In this document: positions 15,677 through 23,230 of the stretch, in pieces
How the letters are laid out: each line of letters opens with the position of its first letter
Position numbering within the stretch: the first letter of the stretch is position 1
Virus record (IMG/VR): IMGVR_UViG_3300032226_000088
Location: 1-25,609 of that record
Reading direction: 5' to 3' (one strand)
DNA length: 25,609 nt
Source: a virus
Lineage: Duplodnaviria > Caudoviricetes
Notes under the pieces: generated by a model
What the model was told of the DNA's origin: nothing
What the model saw: only the letters and a program-made list of their open reading frames with translations
Database searches by the model: none
Translations under genes and position numbers: made by a program

Positions 15677-15750
15677 CGTAATTAAACGAAAACCCAACCA
15701 GTCTTAGGCTGATTGGGAATTCTAACCAAGTAATAATGGAGGTTTATTAA

Positions 15751-15996
15751 GTGGCTACATCAAATTCTACAGATAGTTGTTTGTCTTGTAAATTCTTTAT
15801 TACAGGCGGAAAACTTGGCGCTTGTCACAGATACCCACAATCACTTACTAAATCACCTAGCGAATGGTGCGGTGAATTCCTTTTTGCTAATGTAGCAAGA
15901 ACTAAAGACGAAGTAGTGCCTGAACCCATTATTAGTAATCTATTAGAATCTAAACCTATTGAAATTGAAAACAAACCTAAAAGGATTAAGAAATGA
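15751..15996 (+). CDS. Small Cys4 metal-binding phage protein
   Basis: CLSC...GACHRYP...WCGEF motif, GTG start, GGAGGT RBS. Confidence 0.65.
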   Translation: MATSNSTDSCLSCKFFITGGKLGACHRYPQSLTKSPSEWCGEFLFANVARTKDEVVPEPIISNLLESKPIEIENKPKRIKK

Positions 15997-16301
15997 TTAG
16001 ACCCTTTGCAGACAAGATTTTAGTAAGACCTATTGAGCGTGAAGCAAAGTCAGCTATACCTGGCTTTATATACCATGAGGAATACAATACAGGCGAAGTT
16101 GTAGCAGTTGGGCCTGGTAAAAAGATAAAAGAAGGCAAATATGATATTATGCCTGTATCTGTAGGTGACCGAATTAGATTTGGCGTTATGGGTAAAGACG
16201 AATATCTTAAATTTCAACCTGTCATGGATAACGGTGAGAAGTTCTTACTTATGTCATGGCAAGACGTAGCATTTATTGAGGAGCAAGAAGATGGCAGCTA
16301 A
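15993..16301 (+). CDS. groES: Co-chaperonin GroES (Cpn10)
   Basis: IRPFADKILVRP, GEVVAVGPGK, PVSVGDRIRF and LLMSWQDV motifs. Confidence 0.9.
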   Translation: MIRPFADKILVRPIEREAKSAIPGFIYHEEYNTGEVVAVGPGKKIKEGKYDIMPVSVGDRIRFGVMGKDEYLKFQPVMDNGEKFLLMSWQDVAFIEEQEDGS

Positions 16302-16446
16302 ACCTGGACTTTATGCAAATATTCACGCAAAACAAGAAAGAATCAGGCAAGGAAGCAAGGAAACCATGAGAAAGCCAGGATCACCAGGCGCTCCGACAGC
16401 TAAAGCATTTAAGCAAGCTGCAAAGACAGTAAAGAAGGGCAAATAA
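16291..16446 (+). CDS. Small basic protein, 51 aa (MAAKPGLYANIHAKQERI...MRKPGSPGAPTAKAFKQAAKT...)
   Basis: GAGGAG RBS. The GLYANIHAK...GAPT..AF family is common in aquatic phages. Not in the track. Confidence 0.8.
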   Translation: MAAKPGLYANIHAKQERIRQGSKETMRKPGSPGAPTAKAFKQAAKTVKKGK

Positions 16447-16448
16447 TC

Positions 16449-16703
16449 ATGGCAGCCCCTATTAGTAAAACAACTAAAGGCAAAGGCCGTAATTATTTAA
16501 GCACAGAAGAAGGTGCTGGTATGACTGAAGCTGGTCGTAAAGCATACAATAAAGCCACAGGATCAAATCTAAAAGCACCACAATCTGAAGGCGGATCAAG
16601 AAAAGATAGTTTCTGTGCAAGAATGAAAGGCGTAGTTAAACACGCAAAAGGCGATGCACCGAGAGCTAAAGCATCATTAAAACGTTGGAAATGCTCAGAT
16701 TAA
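16449..16703 (+). CDS. Small basic protein, DUF6321-like
   Basis: GMTEAGRKAYN..TGSNLKAP...RKDSFCARMKG...SLKRWKC motif. Confidence 0.75.
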   Translation: MAAPISKTTKGKGRNYLSTEEGAGMTEAGRKAYNKATGSNLKAPQSEGGSRKDSFCARMKGVVKHAKGDAPRAKASLKRWKCSD

Positions 16704-16721
16704 TTTTAAGAGAGTATAATT

Positions 16722-16859
16722 ATGCCGTTAAAGAAATCAACAAGCCCTAAAGCGTTTGCATCAAACATTAAGGCAGAGATTAAAGCTGGTAAACCACAAA
16801 AACAAGCTGTGGCGATAGCTTATGCAGTAAAGCGTGAAACAAAAAGCAAGAAAAAATAA
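16722..16859 (+). CDS. Small basic protein, 45 aa (MPLKKSTSPKAFASNIKAEIKAGKPQKQAVAIAYAVKR...)
   Basis: The MPLKK...NI..E...GKPQKQAVAIA family is common near phage head genes. Not in the track. Confidence 0.8.
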   Translation: MPLKKSTSPKAFASNIKAEIKAGKPQKQAVAIAYAVKRETKSKKK

Positions 16860-16943
16860 GACTGATACAATATCGTATCAACAATGAGATCAATTGTTAT
16901 ATTTTAGTATAACTTTTTATACACACTAACCAAGGAGCATATC

Positions 16944-17150
16944 ATGGCCATTAAGTTGGAACTTGAAATCAAAGAAGCAGAATTAGTAGTAGCAGGTCTA
17001 TATAAACTTCCAATGGAAGTAGCAGAGCAAATCGTAGTAAAGATTAAAACTCAAGCTATTCCACAAATAGCAGAGCAACAAGAGGCTGAAAAGGCTAAAG
17101 TTGAGGATACTGCTAAAGCTGATCCATTGCCTGAAGAACCACAGGTATAA
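16944..17150 (+). CDS. Hypothetical protein
   Basis: 68 aa, AAGGAG RBS. Confidence 0.7.
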   Translation: MAIKLELEIKEAELVVAGLYKLPMEVAEQIVVKIKTQAIPQIAEQQEAEKAKVEDTAKADPLPEEPQV

Positions 17151-17186
17151 TATAATTTAATCAATTAGTTAATTATTGACCCAATT

Positions 17187-17456
17187 ATGGCAGGCGCACC
17201 TTTCGGAAATCAAAATGGAGTTAAGGCTAAACTGTTCTACGATGCCTTACGCAAGCACATTGTTCAGAACCCTGACAAGCTTCCCTCAATTGTTGAAGGT
17301 TTAGTTGAAGCAGCAGTTGCAAGAGAACCTTGGGCTGTAAAAGAGGTTGTGGATCGTTTGGATGGCAAAGCTGTTCAATTCCAAGAGATAAGTGGCGCAG
17401 ATGGTAGTCCGTTATTGACAGGGATAGAAGTAACTTTTGTAAAACCTAGTGAATAA
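17187..17456 (+). CDS. terS: Terminase small subunit (putative)
   Basis: GAPFGNQN N-terminus, DRLDGK and C-terminal ISGADGSPL...V.FV. Located upstream of terL. Confidence 0.75.
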   Translation: MAGAPFGNQNGVKAKLFYDALRKHIVQNPDKLPSIVEGLVEAAVAREPWAVKEVVDRLDGKAVQFQEISGADGSPLLTGIEVTFVKPSE

Positions 17457-18072
17457 CGTTCAAATAAACCAAGCAAATCTATTTAACATAGATTGCATGG
17501 AATTAATGCGTCAATATCCTGACAAATATTTTGATTTGGCTATTGTCGATCCTCCTTATCGTGATGAAAATCAGCCTACTAAAGACATGAGAAATAATGG
17601 AAGTATGAAATCTTTAGAAGGAAGGCCCAAAAAAGAATATTGGGAAGAATTGTATAGGGTTAGCAAAAATCAAATTATATGGGGAGCAAATAATTTTCAA
17701 TTGCCTCAATATAAGGGGTTTGTCGTATGGAAAAAGATGACAATTAGTGAAAATTTTACTATGTCTATGTGTGAAATAGCTTCTTTATCTGAAGAGCTTG
17801 GAACTGTAAGTAAATGGATTGAATTAGCTCCTCAAGATAAATTTAGAATACATCCAACTCAAAAACCTGTAAAACTATATGAATGGTTATTAACTAATTA
17901 CGCTGAAAAAGGTCAAAAAATATTAGATACCCATTTAGGTTCAGGCTCTCATGCAATAGCTTGTAATAATTTAGGATTTGATTTAGTAGGATGTGAGCTA
18001 GACAAAGATTACTTTGATGCAGCTTGTAAAAGAATTACACAAGAATCAGCTCAAATAAGAATGTTTGCATAA
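17449..18072 (+). CDS. Orphan DNA amino-methyltransferase (N6A/N4C, beta class)
   Basis: Catalytic DPPY, then HPTQKP, then SAM-binding ILDTHLGSGS. No restriction enzyme is adjacent. Confidence 0.92.
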   Translation: MNNVQINQANLFNIDCMELMRQYPDKYFDLAIVDPPYRDENQPTKDMRNNGSMKSLEGRPKKEYWEELYRVSKNQIIWGANNFQLPQYKGFVVWKKMTISENFTMSMCEIASLSEELGTVSKWIELAPQDKFRIHPTQKPVKLYEWLLTNYAEKGQKILDTHLGSGSHAIACNNLGFDLVGCELDKDYFDAACKRITQESAQIRMFA

Positions 18073-19361
18073 TGAATGACCAACAATTAAATGAAGCTAT
18101 AGGGAAGGTTCAGTTCCCTGCAAAGCTTGAATGTCTATTTACTCCACAAGAAGCTCGGTATCGCATCCTCTACGGCGGGCGTGGGGGGTCGAAAAGTTGG
18201 GGGGTAGCTAGAGCGCTATTAATTAAAGGCGCTAAAGCTCCATTAAGAATCTTATGTGCTAGAGAGTTTATGACATCAATGAAAGATTCAGTCCATAAAC
18301 TTCTATCAGATCAAATCATAGAAATGGGGCTAGAATCATTTTATGAAGTAACTCAAGCTTCTATTCGTGGATTAAATGGCACAGAGTTTTCATTTGTAGG
18401 TCTAAAAAACAACATAGGCAACGTTAAGTCATATGAGGGCGTGTCCATATGCTGGGTAGAAGAGGCCCAAACTGTATCCAAAACTTCGTGGAATGTGCTG
18501 ATTCCTACAATTCGTAAAGAAAAATCCGAAATATGGGTAACTTTTAATCCTGAACTAGAATCAGATGAAACTTATCAAAGATTTGTATTAAACCCTCCTG
18601 AAAATTCTGTCCTTCAACGTATTAATTGGTCAGATAATCCTTGGCTACCCGAAACGTTACGCATGGAAAAAGATGCTTTAAAAGGCAGAGATTTACAGGC
18701 TTACAATAATGTATGGGAAGGTTTATGCCGACTTACAGTTGATGGCGCTATCTTTTCTAATGAAATGAATATGGCAGAGCTGCAAGGAAGGATTACACGA
18801 GTCCCTTACGATGCAACAAAACCTGTTCACGCAGTATTTGACTTAGGATGGGCAGATCACACAGCCATTTGGTTTGTGCAATTTATAGGCATGGAAACAA
18901 GACTCATTAAATATATGCAAGATACGCAAAAGACTATCACTCATTATTTGCAGGAAATGCAAAAACTAGGCTACTTATACGATACACTACACCTACCACA
19001 TGATGCCGAGAGCAAAAACATTGCGTCTAATGGCCGTTCTATTAATGACATAGTAAGAGCAGCAGGGTTTAAAACAAACATTTTACCTAGAGTTCCTGTT
19101 GTTGATTCTATAAACGCTGCACGAACTATATTCAATAGTTGCTATTTCGATAGAGAAAATTGTGCGGATGGGTTACAATGCTTACGTCATTACCGATATG
19201 AAGTAGATGTTGACACAGGTCAATTTAGTAGAAATCCACTCCATGATGTATATTCTCATGGCGCTGACGCATTTCGCTACATAGGTTTAATGATTCAAGA
19301 CAAAAAAGAACGTAAAGCTCAAAAATTAACTTATAGTCCTGGCGCAAGCTGGATGGGATAA
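18072..19361 (+). CDS. terL: Terminase large subunit (PBSX/Sf6-like)
   Basis: Walker A GGRGGSKS, Walker B CWVEEA, TFNP coupling motif, and nuclease motifs DLGWAD and HGADAFRY. Confidence 0.96.
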   Translation: MNDQQLNEAIGKVQFPAKLECLFTPQEARYRILYGGRGGSKSWGVARALLIKGAKAPLRILCAREFMTSMKDSVHKLLSDQIIEMGLESFYEVTQASIRGLNGTEFSFVGLKNNIGNVKSYEGVSICWVEEAQTVSKTSWNVLIPTIRKEKSEIWVTFNPELESDETYQRFVLNPPENSVLQRINWSDNPWLPETLRMEKDALKGRDLQAYNNVWEGLCRLTVDGAIFSNEMNMAELQGRITRVPYDATKPVHAVFDLGWADHTAIWFVQFIGMETRLIKYMQDTQKTITHYLQEMQKLGYLYDTLHLPHDAESKNIASNGRSINDIVRAAGFKTNILPRVPVVDSINAARTIFNSCYFDRENCADGLQCLRHYRYEVDVDTGQFSRNPLHDVYSHGADAFRYIGLMIQDKKERKAQKLTYSPGASWMG

Positions 19362-19364
19362 AAC

Positions 19365-19697
19365 ATGGTAACGGAAATAGTAACTTCGGAAAACAAAGAA
19401 GAATACATAAAAGATAAGTTAAATAAACTTAAACCTAGCCCTAGAAATGAATTCTATAGTAATTACAAAGATAAATTAGAGTATCATCCTGAATATCACG
19501 ATTTTGTTAAAAATAATTGGCCACACATTAACGAACATACTACTAAAATTAAAGATCAAATTAATAAATACGGCATTACTGACAAAGAAAAACAAAAAAG
19601 AATTAATAGTCAAATGGAAGATTCAGTAATGCACGTTAAACAAGCTTGGAATTCAATGAAAGCATCTAAAGAATTCATAGAAAAGAATAAGGATTAA
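19365..19697 (+). CDS. Hypothetical protein between terL and portal with scaffold-like N-terminal motif
   Basis: 110 aa. IVTSENKEEYIKDKL resembles the scaffold's VVTSANAEEFYANRL. Confidence 0.65.
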   Translation: MVTEIVTSENKEEYIKDKLNKLKPSPRNEFYSNYKDKLEYHPEYHDFVKNNWPHINEHTTKIKDQINKYGITDKEKQKRINSQMEDSVMHVKQAWNSMKASKEFIEKNKD

Positions 19698-19698
19698 C

Positions 19699-21774
19699 AT
19701 GGCAGACGATAGCATACAACAAAGTGACAATGACCCACGCATAGCTAATGCGATTAAATTCTTACAGTTTGCTAATGAAGCAGACCAAATGAATAGATCA
19801 GAAGCGTTAGAAGATTTAAAGTTTGCAGCAGGTGACCAATGGCCTGTTGAAATCCAAAACAGCAGAGTATTAGAAGCTCGCCCATGTCTAACAGTAAACA
19901 AAGTTGACGCTTATTGCCGTCAATTAACTAATCAAATGCGCCAACAAAGACCACGCATCAAAGTGCATGGCATGAATAACCAATCAGATGCAAGAATGGC
20001 AGAAATTTTACAAGGTATATGCCGACACATTGAGAATCATTCCGATGCAGACCAAGCTTATGACAAAGCTGGTGACTTTGCCGTTAGAATGGGCTGGGGT
20101 TATTGGCGTGTAACTACAGATTATGTGCGTGACGATTCATTCGACCAAGAAATATACATTAAAGCTATTGACAATCCTTTTACCGTTTACTTTGATCCTA
20201 ATTCTGTAGCTCCTGACGGTTCAGATGCAGAAACAGTTTTAATTACTACAGTCTTATCCAAAGAAAACTTTAAGAAAATGTATCCTAACGCTGAAACTGA
20301 ACAAGGTTTCACAATGCGAGGAACAGGTGACACTAATCCTGAATGGGTTATGAAAGAAGACATTCGATTAGCTGAATACTTTTACACAGAACGCAAAGCT
20401 ATTAAAGTTCACTTACTATCAGACGGTTCAAGTGTTAAATCAAGTGACTTACCTCCACAAGAAGTATTAGACGCAGCAGGCATTACTATTGTTGAATCTC
20501 GTGATTCTTTTGAGAAAAAGATTAAAGTATGCAAATTAACTGCTATGGAAATATTAGAAGAAGGCGAATGGGCTGGTAAATATATTCCTATCGTTCCTGT
20601 TTATGGTCAAGAAACTGTGGTTGAGAACAAGAAAAAGAAATTTGGTATTGTTCGCATGGCTAAAGACCCACAAAGAATGTATAACTTTTGGCAAACTTCT
20701 CTTACTGAGTCAGTTGCATTAGCTCCTAAAGCTAAATGGTTGTTAGCTGAAGGTCAAGACGAAGGCCATGAAAATGAATGGGCAATGGCTAACATTAAAT
20801 CTATGCCTGTTTTGCGTTATAAGCAAAAAGACATTGATGGTCAGCCAGCACCTCCGCCACAAAGATTACAACCTGAACCTCCACCAGCAGGCATTATGGC
20901 TGCGGCTCAATCTATGACTACTGACTTAATGCAAGTGGTAGGTATATTTGATCCAAGCCAATTACCACAAGGCAATATTTCAGGCAAAGCGTTACAAGGC
21001 CAACAACAACAAGTGGACATGACTAACTTCCACTACTATGACAACTTAACTCGTTCTATCCGTCAAACAGGTCGCATTATCCTTGATTTAGTTCCAAAGA
21101 TTTATGATAGAGAAAGAGTATTGCGTATCATTGGTGACGATGGCAAACCTGAAATCCTAACTATTAACCAATATGGCCAAGACGAAGAAGGAATTGATAA
21201 GATTCTTAATGACGTCACAGTAGGTGAATATGATGTTGTTATGGATACAGGCCCAGGCTATAACTCTAAACGCCAAGAAGCAGTTGATTCTATGATGGCT
21301 TTATTTGCAGCTGATCCAACATTAATTCAACAAGCTGGTGATCTATTAGTAAGAAACATGGACTTCCCAGGCGCTGAAACGATTGCTGATAGATTAGCCG
21401 TAAACAATCCATTAGCAAAAGTGGATGATAAGTCTAAAGTTCCACCAAGAATCCAAATGGAATTACAACAATTACAAGCGCAAAACCAACAAGCTCAACA
21501 AGCTATACAACAGCTTCAAATGGTTATTCAACAACGTCAAGACATCGAAGGAGTCAAACAAGATGCAGAAACTAAACGTAAACTTATGGATGTCACAGCT
21601 AAAGCAAACGATACTGAAATGCGTCAAGAAACTCTTAGACGTGATACGGACATCGATAACAGCACTAAAGTTGAAATTGAAATCCTTAAAGGGCAAATAG
21701 CATTAATATTAGCAAATATGAGCGGTAAAAATGCTAATCTAGTAAATTCAGAAACTATAGAAAGGGCCGTATAA
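19699..21774 (+). CDS. Portal protein, P22 gp1-like
   Basis: 691 aa. F..GDQW, RPCLT.NK, G.GYWRV, KDPQRMYN and SGKAL motifs, plus a C-terminal Gln-rich helical barrel. Confidence 0.93.
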   Translation: MADDSIQQSDNDPRIANAIKFLQFANEADQMNRSEALEDLKFAAGDQWPVEIQNSRVLEARPCLTVNKVDAYCRQLTNQMRQQRPRIKVHGMNNQSDARMAEILQGICRHIENHSDADQAYDKAGDFAVRMGWGYWRVTTDYVRDDSFDQEIYIKAIDNPFTVYFDPNSVAPDGSDAETVLITTVLSKENFKKMYPNAETEQGFTMRGTGDTNPEWVMKEDIRLAEYFYTERKAIKVHLLSDGSSVKSSDLPPQEVLDAAGITIVESRDSFEKKIKVCKLTAMEILEEGEWAGKYIPIVPVYGQETVVENKKKKFGIVRMAKDPQRMYNFWQTSLTESVALAPKAKWLLAEGQDEGHENEWAMANIKSMPVLRYKQKDIDGQPAPPPQRLQPEPPPAGIMAAAQSMTTDLMQVVGIFDPSQLPQGNISGKALQGQQQQVDMTNFHYYDNLTRSIRQTGRIILDLVPKIYDRERVLRIIGDDGKPEILTINQYGQDEEGIDKILNDVTVGEYDVVMDTGPGYNSKRQEAVDSMMALFAADPTLIQQAGDLLVRNMDFPGAETIADRLAVNNPLAKVDDKSKVPPRIQMELQQLQAQNQQAQQAIQQLQMVIQQRQDIEGVKQDAETKRKLMDVTAKANDTEMRQETLRRDTDIDNSTKVEIEILKGQIALILANMSGKNANLVNSETIERAV

Positions 21775-22187
21775 TGCCATTAGTAACAGGAAAAACAAAA
21801 GCGGAACATGACCGTAAACACATGGAACAACAGTCAGGTAAAAAATCATCTTATGATGAGCCTGATTACGACAAAATGAGTGGCGATGCTAAAGAATTAG
21901 TGCTTCACGCTGATAATGACGAACATTTATACAAATCAAGTCATATACCTATTGTAAAAAATCTTCAAAAGAAAATGGGAAAAGGTCAATACGATCAAGA
22001 TAAAGCTCGTAAGTTATGGGGTTATCATGCTGATCGTGCTGCACAGTCGTATCATAAAGAACATGGTTCACATGATAGTAAATGGCATGAAATGTTTGAT
22101 GTTCCAACTCGCAAAGAAGCTGCACATCATTTTGAAAGCATGCACAGAGAACAAGTAGAAGATCCAACAAACTTTAGCGATAAGTAA
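21774..22187 (+). CDS. Hypothetical protein between portal and scaffold
   Basis: 137 aa, His-rich. Core EL.L.ADND..LY....PI.KNL.KK..KG.YD..KA.KLW.Y.A..AA..Y.KE.G. Confidence 0.7.
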   Translation: MPLVTGKTKAEHDRKHMEQQSGKKSSYDEPDYDKMSGDAKELVLHADNDEHLYKSSHIPIVKNLQKKMGKGQYDQDKARKLWGYHADRAAQSYHKEHGSHDSKWHEMFDVPTRKEAAHHFESMHREQVEDPTNFSDK

Positions 22188-22231
22188 TAGCAATTGATTA
22201 ATAAGTAGTTTTATAGTATAAAGCAACAATC

Positions 22232-22252
22232 TACCAATGGAATCATTGGGTA
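22232..22252 (+). promoter_or_regulatory. Hairpin in scaffold 5' leader (CCAATG-GAAT-CATTGG)
   Basis: 6-bp perfect stem, extendable by TA/TA, just upstream of the GGAG RBS. Confidence 0.45.
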
Positions 22253-22270
22253 AAAATCTTGGAGTCATCC

Positions 22271-23197
22271 ATGTCAGAAAAAGAAGCAGGAAGTGTAGTA
22301 ACTTCTGCCAACGCAGAAGAGTTTTATGCAAACAGATTGGGTTTAGCTGAAGAAGCACCTGTTGAGGCTGTAGAAGAAAAAACCGCAGAGCCAGCAGAGG
22401 AAGCAAACGATCAGAGTGAACAGCCAACTGAAGAAACAGAAACAAAAGCAACAGAAGAAAAGAAACAAAACCCCAAGCTTGAAAAGCGATTTTCAGAGCT
22501 AACAAAGCAACGTGAAGAAGCTCGCAAAGAAGCGGCTAAAGAACGTGATGCTCGTGAAGCTTTAGAGAAAAGAATTTCAGAGCTAGAAGGAAGAGCTGAA
22601 CCGAAACCTGTAGAGGAAAACGTTAAGCCTTCGCCAAGTCAGTTTAATGATGCGTTTGAATACGCTGAAGCATTAGCTGAATGGTCGGCAGAAAATGCCC
22701 TTTTGAATAGAGATAAAGCTGAAGCTGAACGAAAAGTTCAAGACGAAAGACAACAAGTTATTAAATCTTGGAATGATCGATTAGCTACTGTTAAGGCGGA
22801 TTTGCCTGACTATGATGAAATGATTGCCTCTGCATCCGACATAACTGTCAACGATGCTATAAGAGATGCAATGTTGGAGTCCGAACAAGGCCCACGAATT
22901 TTATATCATTTAGCAGAGAATCCTGAGCTAGCAGAAAAGTTAAACACTCTATCAACAGTTAGCGCCCTTCGAGAAATTGGGAAGTTAGAAGCAAAGTTTG
23001 AGGCTAGTGAAACACCTAAAGATGCCAAGACTGAAGCTGAAACGAAACCTTCTATTGCACGCAGTAAAGCACCTGCACCAATTAGTCCTATAAAGACGAG
23101 TTCAGCAGTTGCCGATGTTGGCGTAGGCTCAGATGGTGAATTCCATGGCACTTATCAACAATGGCGTGAATCTCGTAAAGCAGGAAAGATTAGGTAG
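22271..23197 (+). CDS. Scaffolding protein
   Basis: Acidic N-terminus, coiled coil, GP.ILYHLA.NP motif and basic C-terminal helix. Directly upstream of the coat gene. Start MSEKE at 22271. Confidence 0.88.
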   Translation: MSEKEAGSVVTSANAEEFYANRLGLAEEAPVEAVEEKTAEPAEEANDQSEQPTEETETKATEEKKQNPKLEKRFSELTKQREEARKEAAKERDAREALEKRISELEGRAEPKPVEENVKPSPSQFNDAFEYAEALAEWSAENALLNRDKAEAERKVQDERQQVIKSWNDRLATVKADLPDYDEMIASASDITVNDAIRDAMLESEQGPRILYHLAENPELAEKLNTLSTVSALREIGKLEAKFEASETPKDAKTEAETKPSIARSKAPAPISPIKTSSAVADVGVGSDGEFHGTYQQWRESRKAGKIR

Positions 23198-23230
23198 CAG
23201 GATATTAAACTCTTAAAATAAGGAAATATC

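Noticed and set aside
17449-18072. Restriction-modification system
   Set aside because: There is no cognate endonuclease next to the methyltransferase; it is an orphan.
1118-23151. Antisense or nested track ORFs (1118, 2289, 8462, 9806, 11746, 12021, 12101, 14453, 15107, 19653, 21425, 21472, 21949, 22068, 22906)
   Set aside because: Each overlaps a well-supported gene, has no recognisable motif, and mostly opposes operon direction.
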